Source: Felis catus (taxonomy: Eukaryota). Taken from it: 64,000 nucleotides of DNA. Positions 13,581 through 24,802 of the stretch are shown here, in pieces. Within the stretch, counting starts at the first letter, position 1. Each line of letters starts with the position of its first letter. The translations under genes and the position numbers were made by a program. The stretch spans positions 99,202,001-99,266,000 of the forward strand of contig NC_058368.1 in the NCBI RefSeq assembly GCF_018350175.1, given 5' to 3'. Under the pieces are notes generated by a model, which saw nothing but the letters and a program-made list of their open reading frames with translations, was not told the DNA's origin and ran no database searches.

Positions 13581-13800
13581 GGGGCATCTGGGTGGCTCAG
13601 TCAGTTGAGCATCCCACCTCAGCTCAGGTCATGGTCTCAAGGTTCATAGGTTGGAGCCCCATGTCAGACTCTGTGCTGACAGCTAGGAGCCTGCAGCCTG
13701 CTTCTGATTCTGTGTCTCCCTCTCTCTCTCTGCCCCTCCCCTGCTCACGCTCTGTCAATCTCTCTCTTGAAAAATAAATAAACATTAAAAAAGTTAAATA
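13581..13800 (+). mobile_element. Can-SINE
   Basis: Full body. Confidence 0.95.
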
Positions 13801-13855
13801 AATCTTTTAATAAATTTTCATTATTTGTTTCACAGGGATCATTAGGCTCTTCCAA

Positions 13856-13932
13856 TCTCTATCTCCTCCCCGCTCATGCTCTGTCTCTCTCTCTCTCTCT
13901 CTCTAAAAAATAAACATTTAAAAAAATAAAAA
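13856..13932 (+). mobile_element. Can-SINE 3' fragment
   Basis: ctccccgctcatgctctgtctc(tc)n aaaaaataaacatt. Confidence 0.85.
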
Positions 13933-14241
13933 TACATCCCCCCTCACCCCGAATATTCTATATTTAGTGGTTCAGTTCTTAAATGTTTACATTTTAATAT
14001 TAAAAATACAAATTTTGAAAGAAACATGTTAACCACCCCAAATATACTATATTTATTGGTTCAGTTCTTAAATGTTTATATTTTAATATTAAAAATAACT
14101 GATTAATAAGTTAAAATCTCCCCCCATTATTCTGAAGTAAAATTTGGCAAAATCTGATGGATGTATATTAATATAACTAAATATTAAATACCACACTTAG
14201 ACTGAAGCATTCTGCCTGGTCTGTAGAAGGATTGACTCCTA

Positions 14242-14244
<3 letters not shown>

Positions 14245-14284
<40 letters not shown>
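14245..14284. repeat. (TG)n microsatellite
   Basis: About 20 units. Confidence 0.98.
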
Positions 14285-14285
<1 letters not shown>

Positions 14286-15169
14286 TTTCAAAGAAATCTG
14301 TCTTCCTAGAAACAAAAGCCATTTAAAACCTAAATTAATACCAAAAAAAGGTTTAAATGTAAGAGTCCTAAATGTCCATGTAACATTCTATAATGATGTA
14401 TTCATGAAAGTCATACTTTATTAGAAATACATTGGGCAATAAATAAGCAAATTTCTTTGTTAGAGATTCCTTTTGTCATAAATGAATTTAATGTTGACTA
14501 TTCAAACCAGAGAAAACAAAATACTTAATTCATTAGAAACGTTAGAATGTTAGTTGGAACCTGATGTTGAACTACAGTAATTAAGGGTAGCCTTAAAGGG
14601 GTGCCTTGATTGTCCAGAAGACTCCAGATGTAATCCGTGATTCTTTCCAAATGTGTAAACACTTTTACAGCTTTGCATATTTATAAAATGTATTTGTAGA
14701 AAATTATCATATTGTAATGTGTTAATGAGATACCTTTTAAAGTCCTGTTTAAATATTTTGTGTGAATATTTCTTTGGCTGAAGGCATAGAGGTTTATATT
14801 TTGGTTTCTATTCCAAAAACTAAATGCTATTTTAGAACAAATTTATTTGATACTCTAAAATTCTCATATCCCTTATTTGAGAATATAAGGGATAGAGTAT
14901 ATTGAAGTCAGATGTCTTTCTTGGTAGCCTTATTTGATCATTCTAATTCCTAGAAAATCTCACCCAGTCTCATGATTTCAGTCAAAAACTTAGTCCAAGA
15001 GAATGTTTGACAAAAAGGTCTAATTCTCAGATTAGAAGATCCTTCTGTCTTTGAGATTGATTTTACTTAGTATCCTGCTAAGTATTGCCATCGTACTGTC
15101 CCATAAGAAAATTAAGATCGGCGCCTCCAAAGGAGACTTCATTATCTTACTCCACTCTAATGCTATTTC

Positions 15170-16100
15170 AATATTTTTCTTTATTCCTTATCACAGTGAA
15201 TAATACCTTGAGGTCACCCTGAACTCTTTTTCTCTGTCACAGATAGCATCTAAACAAAATTCATCTCTGTAGATTCCAACTTGTTCCCATCTCTCCTTTG
15301 TTTTTCCCCATAACCTTCCTGTAGGTGACTCATTAGTTTTCGACTAGAATCTCACTTACTGCCTGTAACTAAACAGTGAGGGCCATTGTTGGAGAAATCA
15401 CTGAGCAAGACCAGATTGGATCCATAATTAATTCATGGTCATCACCTTAGAATGGGTCTCCACAATGGCTAGTAGTCTATGACCACTGATCTTCTGTGGT
15501 CCTGTGCACGTGTATCTACTGTATCCATTTCAATATGTTCAGGCTTTCTTTGAATGTTCAATTCATCATTACTCCAACTCTTAGTTTCTAGCTTCACCAC
15601 CTACTTCAGACAGAAAAGAGAAGACACGTATTAATAATTCTCTCGTTTTCATGGTACCGAATGTAAAACCAATGTCCCTATGGATCAATCCTATTCTTCC
15701 TATAAATGAAACAAAACAAATAAAAGTCTCAGTTGAAACTCTTGTCCGTGATTGGCTTATCTCTTTTTGTTCCTTCAAGCATGATTATTCAATAGATATT
15801 CTGTATATGATGTTTTCATCTCCTCACTTAACTACCCTGAAGTTTAGTGTTATTTTTATATTCAGCAGTTACTGAAATGGCTCCTGTGGAAGTGTTTATG
15901 ACCTCTAAGATCCTCCTTATTCTCTAACTTTGAGCAGTATTGACCCAATAAAACTACTCCTTCATTTTTCCTTCATTTCCTAGAAATCTCTTGACTCCTG
16001 CCAGACTGAGCATGTCTCTATTCCTTAAGCTCCTCAGGACACGTTTACCTTGGTACACAGTTTTCCTTAGCCTGGACAATTTTCCCTTCCCTTACTTAGG
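15170..16100. mobile_element. L2 fragments (degenerate)
   Basis: accttgaggtcaccctgaactctt and ttttccttagcctggacaattttccc resemble L2 sequence. Confidence 0.45.
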
Positions 16101-16231
16101 TATCACTTCATTCACTTAGGTATTCACTTCATTCACTATAGAATATGCATATGCCTTTGCCAGCATGTTCATATGCTTGGTCCTCATTGATAGCTCATGT
16201 TTCTAGATGACTCATCCCAATTTATCATTTC

Positions 16232-16463
16232 ATTTTTTTTAAATATTTTTGTATTGTTTAGTTGTTTTTGAGAGAGAGAGACAGAGAGAAAGTAAGCACA
16301 AGCAAGGGAGGGGCAGGGAGAGAGGGAGACACAGAAACTGAAGCAGGCTCCAGGCTCCCAGCTGCCAGCACAAAGCCCAACGTGGGGCTTAAACTCGGGA
16401 ACAATGAGATGATGACTTAGGCTGAAGTCGGAAGTTTAACCACCTAAGCCACCCAGGCCCCCC
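16232..16463 (-). mobile_element. Can-SINE
   Basis: Full body. Confidence 0.95.
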
Positions 16464-16939
16464 TCTATCAGCTCATTCTTAAAGGCTCTCCTTGATTGCC
16501 TCTCTGGCCCAGCTCCACCACCTGAATAGCCCTCTTTGTCTTACCTGTTCCAGAGCACCTACTTTTAGGATCAATTCCAGCTTCGGTTCAGTACAACCAC
16601 GAGTCTTACATGTCCTGTGTATGGGATTCCAAACGCTGCAAGGGAAAACCACATGTTCTTGTGGAGTTGTGCCCCTGACTGACAACCTATGGTCTTCAGA
16701 AACTGCTAGTTCCTAAATAGTACATTTGCCCTACCCATCACATCAGGCTGCTCTCGAATCCCCTGCTCTGTAGCTCTTTGCCATATTTTACATGAGCTTT
16801 ATGCACACTTTTTAAAAACGTGTGCACTTTTAATGTGTATGCGGGCATGCAGCTCAGTTATATCACCATAGAATAGCTGTTGGTGAACTTCACATAGAAT
16901 TCATACCACATACTCTTCTGTGTCTTGATTTTTTTTTGT

Positions 16940-19900
16940 ATTTATGTAAGAATGGTAATATTTTTTCACCCATGAATGTTTAGAAGAATTCATTAGTGCA
17001 GCATGCTGTTTGTGCCTGAAGCTTTCTTTCCGGGAAGGTTTTAAACTATGAATTCAATATCTTTAGTAGATACAGGACTATTACAATTTATTTTTCTGCT
17101 GTAGATTTGTTTTCTTCAAGGAATGAATCGGTTTCATTTCTGTTTTCAAAGTGACAAAAAATTTGAGATATAATTCAGCTTTCCTAAGACATGGTCCATT
17201 CTGGTGTCTGTGAACTCTTTTATCTAATACCTTAACTATCTTAAATATGGTTACTTTGAGGCCTTTCACTGCTACCTTTAAGGTTTGTATCCTTTATAGG
17301 TCTGCTTATATTTATTATCCTGTCTCTTGATTGTTAGTCACTTTTTTCTTTTCATGCCAAGAGATTATTATTAACGTTACTGTTACTATAATTTTTGTAT
17401 GCTTGTCACTTCAGAGAATATGTTGTAAAGACTTTAGCCTGTGTGACCTTTATCTAAAACTGGTTGAAAATCTTTTCTGAGAGATAATTAAATTGACATT
17501 TGCCCACTTGAATCCTAAGATTTGTTTTTAGATGAGTTTGCTTCTGTTTTGTCCTATTGCTAAAGAATGTCTCTTGCTTATAGGACAATATGTTTCTTTT
17601 TCTCTTTGTTGAATGTCTGGAGTGTTTACCACAGTTACTCCATTTTGATAAGACTTGACCACCCAGGTCTCTAGTGCTTTTTTTTTTTTTTTTTTTTTTG
17701 CATCAGTATCATACTGTCTTCAGTACTGTGGTTTTTAATGACACCTGTATATAATAGTGGAAATGCACCTTTATTATTTATTTTCACTATTATCTTGGCT
17801 ATTATTTGCCTTTTAATTTTCCTAAACATTTTACAATCAGGTAATAAACTTTGCCATAAACCCCCAAAAAATTCTGCCGGAATTTTGATTATTATTACAG
17901 TGTTTTGACAGCCTAATTTAGAGAGAATCGCCTTCTTTAAAATTTTCAACTTCATAGAAAAGGTGTATTTTCATTTGTTGGAATCTTTTCAAATTTTTCT
18001 AAGTAATTTTTATAGTTTTTTGGTACTAGAATTAGGTTTTATTAAATTTATGCCTAAATTCTTAATGTTTTTGATGATTACACATGAAATGTTTTTTTTC
18101 AAATTACCATCTTATAACTTCATGTGACTGGAACCTGGACATAAAATTGGTGTTTATATATTGATTTGGGATTCAGCAGCCCTAAAATTGATCATGAATT
18201 CTAATAGTTGACTTGCAGGTTCCTTTTTCGTTTTTTTTTTTAATATACACATTTGTTCAGTTGTGTATGTTATATTTTTTTTCTTCATTTTAATTTTGTT
18301 AATCATAGTTTTGATTTATTGGTCTTATAGCCCTGTATAGATTCTACAGCACAGTGTTGAATGAACCTAGGACTTTTTTTTTTTTTATTCTCAAATTGGA
18401 GACAAAGCTTACAATATTTTCTTATTAATTAGCATATATCATATGAATTTTTGGTATTTTGTTTTTCTTGTCAAGATAACTTCATGAGTATAAGGAATTT
18501 CACTTGTATTCCTACCTTGTTATTTTTTTGCTTTCATTTTATCATATATATATATTGAATTCTATTAGAGGTTTTGAAATTACTTACTGGCATGACTACA
18601 TGATTTTTATTATTTTATCAATATGGTATATTACATTAATTTTGGAGTTGGTAAACTCACAAAGTTGGAAGTGAAACAACCTTGGTCATGACATGCTCTG
18701 TTAGATTTGGCTTGATAATATATTATTTAAAATTTTGTATCTTTAGGAGAGAAATTGGTATAACATTATCCTTTTTCTTAGTGCATTTGTCTTGCTTTGG
18801 TATCGTTACTGTAACTTAATAACAAAAGTGGGAAACTTCCCCTCTCTGTATCTTTCTAAGATTAAAAGATTATGTATAGTATTGGCTTTCTGTTTCTGAA
18901 ATATGAGGAAAAATATGTAGATGGAACCATCTAGTTCTAAGGTTACACCTATTGGAAAGTTACTACTCAGAGATTCTCTTTATTTATGAGATAGAGGGCT
19001 GTTTTGATTTTCACATTTTCTATACTTTTTCATAAGTTGTGTTTCTGAAAGCCTTCAACTATTTAACCTACACTTTAAAATTTATTGGCATAGAGTTGTT
19101 CATAAAGTACTCTTATCTGTTCAATATTTGAAAGATCTGTACTGATGTTTATTTGTACATATTGAGTTTTTATTTTGATCAGGCTTGGTAGGAAATTACC
19201 AATTTCATTAGCTTTTCAAAGAAATAACTTTGGTTTTGTGGGTTTTTCTTCTACATTACCAAATTTTTACTTTCATCTTGATTGTTTCTGTGGTTCAATC
19301 ACCACTGAGTACAATTTTGTTTTATAGCTCCTTGAGCTCTGTCATTAAAACACTCATGTTCTTTTTTTTAAAACATATATTTAGTTCTATAAATTTTCCT
19401 GAAAACATTGATTTTAATATCTCCCATGTACTTTGAATACTGTGTTTTAAAATCATTGAGCAAAAAAATGAATTTCTATTTTCAATGGTTATTTGATTAT
19501 AGTTTATTTAGAAGTGTATTGCTTGATTTAGAAATAAAAGGTTTTCTACTTAAATTGTAAACATTCCTTGCTGAAATATAGTATGATCAAAGAACATTTG
19601 TGTGTATTTTCAGTTCTTTGAAATATGTTAAAACTTACTTCATGGCCTACTGTATGGTTTATCTTGGTAAACGTTCAAATTTCACATGAAAGTAATGTGT
19701 GATCTACAGTTGTATGGTATGTGTTCAACAGATATCAGTTAAGAAATCTTAAGCCTGTTCATTATCATCTTTCTAAACTGATATTTTACCTATAGCAACC
19801 CTAGCTGGCTCAGCTGGTAGAGCATGCAAGTCTGGATGTTGGGATCATGAGTTTGAGCCCCATCTTGGGTTTAGTGATTACTTTAAAAAAAAAAAAGCTG

Positions 19901-20340
19901 ATATTTTACCTGAATATTCTATTGGTTACTATGAAAAGTATACTAAAATCTACTTTTATAATTTTGGATTTGCCCATTTCTCTATTCCGTTATGCCAATT
20001 TTAGCTTTATGTATTTTGACACAGTTATTTTATGACTGGAAATTGTTAAATTTTATATCTTCCTGGTAACTTGATTTTTTTTTTAATTACAACAGTATTT
20101 CTTGTTTTACCTATAGTTTTTTCCTTAAAATAGAACAAGGATATTCAAACACTTTGGAGCATATATTTTTATAAATACTAACATTATAATTTCTTTTCTT
20201 TACATTTAAGTGAATCTCTCTTAAGACCTCTTTAGTTGCATTTTTAAATCCATTCCACTGATTTTTTGAATTTTAATAGCCGTATTATTTTCTTTTCATG
20301 CAATACAATTATTGATGTATATATGATTTTACCATTGCCA
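16940..20340 (-). mobile_element. Old L1 (L1M-type) ORF2 remnants, rearranged
   Basis: T-rich + strand; ORF 17671-17955 KAILSKL...IKIPAEFF...IAKII matches L1 ORF2 ILPKLIYRFNAIPIKIP..FF...RIAK. Confidence 0.85.
19792..19894 (+). mobile_element. Short tRNA-Lys-like SINE (no CT tract)
   Basis: ctggctcagctggtagagcatgc...gagtttgagccccatcttgggt + A tail; TSD aaRctgatattttacct. Confidence 0.85.
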
Positions 20341-20344
20341 TCAT

Positions 20345-20513
20345 GGGGTGTCTGGGTGACTCGGTTAAGCATCCAACTCTTGATCTTGGCTCAGGTCATG
20401 ATCTCACAGTTCATGGGTTTGAGCCCCTTGTTGGGGCTATGTGCCAACAGTGTGGATCCTGCTTGGGATTCTCTCTTTCTCTCTCTCTCTCAAAATAAAT
20501 AAACAAAACAAAA
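20345..20513 (+). mobile_element. Can-SINE
   Basis: Head, body, tail. Confidence 0.93.
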
Positions 20514-20629
20514 CACCCCACCACCTTAACATTTGTTTTTACGTCACATTCATTCCATTTTGTGTTCAAATTCATTTTTCTTTTCTTTTCTTTTTCTTTT
20601 TTTTTTTTTTAAGTTGCCTCAGTGTGGGT

Positions 20630-21010
20630 GACACTGTGATTCATTATGATAGCCCTTAATAAAGAACTTTGTTGTAAGGTTCCTGGGATGGCTTTTGGCT
20701 GTTAACTCTTGAGACATGGCCTCAGCTGCAGAAAGCTGCCTTCCCCCCAGTTGATTACCCTTTTAGGGGCAAGTGCACACAGTAACTGACTGATGATGTA
20801 GAGACACGGTCTGGCCGGCCATCTCTGCTTAACCTGGGACACGTCTGAAAGACCATTCTGGCTCCAGAGTTGTCCATGTTTCAGAGTTGCCTTTGAGCTT
20901 CTACTGAAGCTCCAGTCATGTATCTGTCTACTCCTGCTTTCACTCTGTTCCTTCCACAGCTGCTGGTCATAAGGACACTTCTTAATCACCCCCCTGTACA
21001 CTAAGAGTTG
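20630..21010 (+). mobile_element. ERVL LTR16A-like LTR
   Basis: ctcagctgcagaaagctgcc...ccggccatctctgc..aacctgggacacgtctgaaagaccattctggctccagag follows the LTR16A consensus. Confidence 0.75.
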
Positions 21011-22050
21011 TAGTATACCATTTCAAAGACAGGGTTTGGGAGCAGGATCCCACATTGCCTGGCTTGCAATGAGACCACCACAACTGGTCACAGGGGAAGT
21101 ACAGATAGTCCCCAGAAAAAAGGATGTTGTCCCATTGTTCATTGGTCATTTAAAGGGCACATTAGGGGCCCCTGGGTGGCTCAGTCGGTTAAGCGTCCGA
21201 CTTCAGCTCAGGTCGTGATCTCACAGTCTGTGGGTTCGAGCCCTGCATCAGGCTCTGTGCTGACAGCTCAGAGCCTGGAGCCTGCTTCGGATTCTGTGTC
21301 TCCCTCTCTCTCTGCCCCTCCCCTGCTCATGCTCTGTCTCTCTCTGTTGCAAAAAAATAAATAAAAACATTAAAAAAATAATAAAGGGCATATTAGTGCA
21401 AAGGAACGTATTAGCTAGTGTGAGGTTCCCTGTGTTTGACAAAGTAACTCTAAAGACAGAGGAATTGGGGATATACTGAGAGAAGGTCGCTAAAATGTCA
21501 CAATAACTAATAGCCAATTTTGAGTAAATATGAAAAGTTGAAGGGCCTCTTTGGTAGTATCTCCTGAAGGGAGAGGACTGAGGAAGCTGAGCACGTGGCC
21601 CAGGACTTCTTTTCTAGAGTAGACAAGCAACACAATAGTTGTTTATTAAGCTGTTAAAATTGCCGATCAAAACAAGTCTGCTCTGTCAAGGCTTTGGAAA
21701 GTGTGGGACCAAATGGCGACAACTGAGTTGGATTCTCCTGAAAATGACAAAGCCCCAAATTCCACTGAACCCTGTAAAACTACACAAAGGGCCCAGTTTT
21801 CCCAGTTAGAACCTGTTATTCTGGCCCTGGTTTTGAGTCAGTACAGAAGCCTGCCCTGCAGGACACAGTCAGGCCCTGTCCTCTCCTTCCCATTTGGCCA
21901 ACATCAACTAGCCAGGCATGACCAGCACCTGATAAGCAAGGCAGTGGTGGGTCTCTGACTACCAAATATTGCCCAATAGAAACAATACATGCCTGCAAAA
22001 GTTGAGAGGGGACACTGGGGATTGTTTTCTGTGGGTGCTTCATCAAGGAA
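21011..22050 (+). mobile_element. ERVL internal remnant (ERV3-16A3/ERVL-E-like)
   Basis: Directly follows the LTR; ggatcccac..ctggcttgcaatgagaccacc..actggt leader similarity. Confidence 0.55.
21165..21381 (+). mobile_element. Can-SINE
   Basis: TSD taaagggcaYatta (21151-21164 / 21382-21395). Confidence 0.97.
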
Positions 22051-22148
22051 TCCACCTTTTTCATTTACTGTGATTGGAAACATTTTGACCCTTTCTATTG
22101 TCTGACCAATAAATGTGTTTAAGTCAATTTTAAAATACTAAGTATTCT

Positions 22149-22345
22149 GGGGCACCTGAGTGGCTCAGTAAGTTAGGCGTCTGCCCCTTGATTTCAGTCC
22201 AGGTCATGATCTCATTGTTCATGAGTTCTAGCCCCCCATCAGGCTCTGAGCTGATCTGGAGTCTGCCTGGAATTCTCTCTCTCTCTGCTCCTCCAATGCT
22301 CATGTGAACTCTCTCTCTCTCTCAAAATAAATAAACTTAAAACAT
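22149..22345 (+). mobile_element. Can-SINE
   Basis: Full body. Confidence 0.93.
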
Positions 22346-23312
22346 TTATTTAAAATATTAAATATTTACAATGCACAATTACAGATCTAGAACTATTTGT
22401 AATGTATTTTACATAGGAAGTACTCTTCCATATCCAGAGATGTAGTATGAATGAGGTATATTTCTTACTTTCAAGGGATCTACAGGGTAAGAGTGAAGAA
22501 AAATAAGCTTTGTGAGCAAAGAAAAAGAACATAGTAAGCTAATGTCAAGATTCAGTAAAGATTTTCTGGAGTATTTGTGCTGTGACCTTGTGGCCTTGAT
22601 ATTAAAGGTTGAATTAGAGTTGGCCAGACATCTCCCCTACCTGCCCCCCATCAACCAACCAGTCAATCAATAAAACGTTGATAAAGTGTTTAGCATATAA
22701 ACCAAATCTCAGAGATAAATTTTCTTCTAAACTAGAGGTTAATTGACACTAGACCCACCATCCTGTGCAGCATGGGAAATTGTGAGAAAATGTACATTCC
22801 TCTTCTAGAAAAACATCTTCATAAAACTTACTTGTATAATATACTTTTTTAAGGAACCCAGAATTCAGAAATTATGTCCCATTAGGTATGATACATAACT
22901 TTTTAAAATTCAATGTGGTATTCTTATTTATGTTTGTCATGTTAATATACTATTTAGATAAACTTCTAAACTTCTAAATCATGGTGCAGTGTCTTCTTAA
23001 GACACAAAAAGAGGTTTGAACTTCATATCCTTTTTATTTTTTTTAAACATAAAGTTCTATTTCATCATACATAAATCAATGTGTTTTTGTAATCTAATTT
23101 TACCTGGTGGCATCATCAGGGGTAATTCAATGATAATATGCATCAAATTTAAATTTTATTTTATTACCATTTATCAATACCATCAGGGAGCTGGGGATAA
23201 GATTTTAGTACAGAGCAAGGCAAAAAGTAATGTTGGCATCACACGTTCTCTTCATTTATTAAGACTTCTCACTCTTCCTTTGTTGTGAAGGGATTTTTAG
23301 AAATAAGTTATC

Positions 23313-23542
23313 GGGGCGCCTGGGTGGCGCAGTCGGTTGAGCGTCCGACTTCAGCCAGGTCACGATCTCGTGGTCCGTGAGTTCGAGCCCCGCGTCGGGC
23401 TCTGGGCTGATGGCTCAGAGCCTGGAGCCTGTTTCCGATTCTGTGTCTCCCTCTCTCTCTGCCCCTCCCCCGTTCACGCTCTGTCTCTCTCTGTCCCAAA
23501 AATAAATAAATGTTGAAAAAAAAAATTAAAAAAAAAAAAAAA
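23313..23542 (+). mobile_element. Young felid Can-SINE (gctgatggctcag variant)
   Basis: CpG-rich, long A tail, perfect 14-bp TSD agaaataagttatc. Confidence 0.98.
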
Positions 23543-23685
23543 AGAAATAAGTTATCTAAAAGAAACTATAGTCACTCAAGGAAATCTCTTTATATTTTAC
23601 TGCTGAATTCCGCCATCAATCAGATAGTTTAATGGTGAATAATTACATCAACTATTTATTTAGTAATGAACTGTATGTGATGCTT

Positions 23686-23909
23686 TTTAAAAAAAATATA
23701 TATATATATATTTATTTTGAGAAAGACAGAAGGAGAGAGAGAACATGAGCAGGGGAATGGGAGAGAGAGTGGTAGAGGGAGAATCCCAACCAGGCTCAAT
23801 ACTGGTAGCATAGAGCCCAATGTGGGGCTCAAACTCATGAACTATGAGATCATGATCTGAGCTGAAATCAAGAATTGAACATTTAACCAACTGAGCCATC
23901 CAGGCACCC
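23686..23909 (-). mobile_element. Can-SINE
   Basis: Full body; diverged TSD gaactgtaYRtgatKctt. Confidence 0.93.
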
Positions 23910-24266
23910 TAGAACTGTACATGATTCTTGATATGAAACAGCACTAATTTTTATAACCTAAGAGGGCATATATGGCAACGTAATTGATTTTATAGATTAG
24001 AAAGCTTAGTGTCCTAAGTAACACACTATTAAAAGTAGCTATAAACATTTCACATGGAGGGAAACCCCTTTATCTTGCCACTTTTTCACTCTTAAAGATC
24101 TCACTGCAAAGACATCCTTGAGGAACAATAATGCAAATGGCCATGGCTGAAATTGTTAATTAAATGTCACAGCTTCTAGTGTGTTTTATATCCTGTTCTA
24201 GTGAGATTGTGACAATATAAGCAGCTTTCCTCTTTGAATTCATTCCATCTATGTTTATTAACTTAC

Positions 24267-24367
24267 CTTGATACAGAATGGGAGAGCACCTTTGAATCTA
24301 TTGTTAAATATAGATTGCAAATCAAGTTAGTCAGACATGGAGGTAAGCTCCCTGTACAGAGAACCCT
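24267..24367 (-). other. Candidate 101-nt internal exon of an unidentified transcript
   Basis: Minus strand tttgcttgtttttcAG|AGGG...TCAAG|GTAAGT; one open frame RVLCTGSLPPCLTNLICNLYLTIDSKVLSHSVS, not recognised. Confidence 0.35.
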
Positions 24368-24390
24368 CTGAAAAACAAGCAAACACACCA

Positions 24391-24394
<4 letters not shown>

Positions 24395-24440
<46 letters not shown>
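24395..24440. repeat. (TG)n microsatellite
   Basis: About 23 units. Confidence 0.98.
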
Positions 24441-24441
<1 letters not shown>

Positions 24442-24589
24442 TATGTATGCTATTACCTTTGAATAAAATTTGAGGTGAAGAATGGGAAAAGACTAGCAAG
24501 TGTGGTTAGAGTACAACATAGAGGTTGAATTGCATATAGAAAATCAAGGGAGGCACCTGACAGGGCCATGGGATGGTAATGGTTGCATT

Positions 24590-24802
24590 TTTAAAAAATG
24601 TATATTTATTTACTTAGAGAAAACGTGTGTGAGGGGAAAAGGGAGGGGTCAGAGAGAGAGGAAGAGAGAGAATTCTAAGCAGGTTCCATGCTGTCAGCAC
24701 AGAGCCCCATGCAGGGCTCCATCTTAGGAACCGTGAGATCATGTTCTGAGCTGAAATAAGAGGCAGACAGACACTTAATCAACTGAGCCACCCAGGCGCC
24801 CC
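24590..24802 (-). mobile_element. Can-SINE
   Basis: Full body. Confidence 0.93.

Larger units (their letters stand above)
13481..14126. repeat. Three diverged copies of a ~90-bp AT-rich unit, interrupted by SINE sequence
   Basis: aatatWctatattta..ggttc..ttcYtaaatgttta.attttaa..ttaaaaata at about 13481, 13951 and 14040. Confidence 0.85.

Noticed and set aside
16094..16137. ~21-bp tandem duplication acttaggtat(t)cacttcattc
   Set aside because: Ordinary slippage duplication with no further structure.
19792..19894. Functional tRNA-Lys gene
   Set aside because: Diverged anticodon and T arms, poly-A tail and TSD mark it as a retrocopy.
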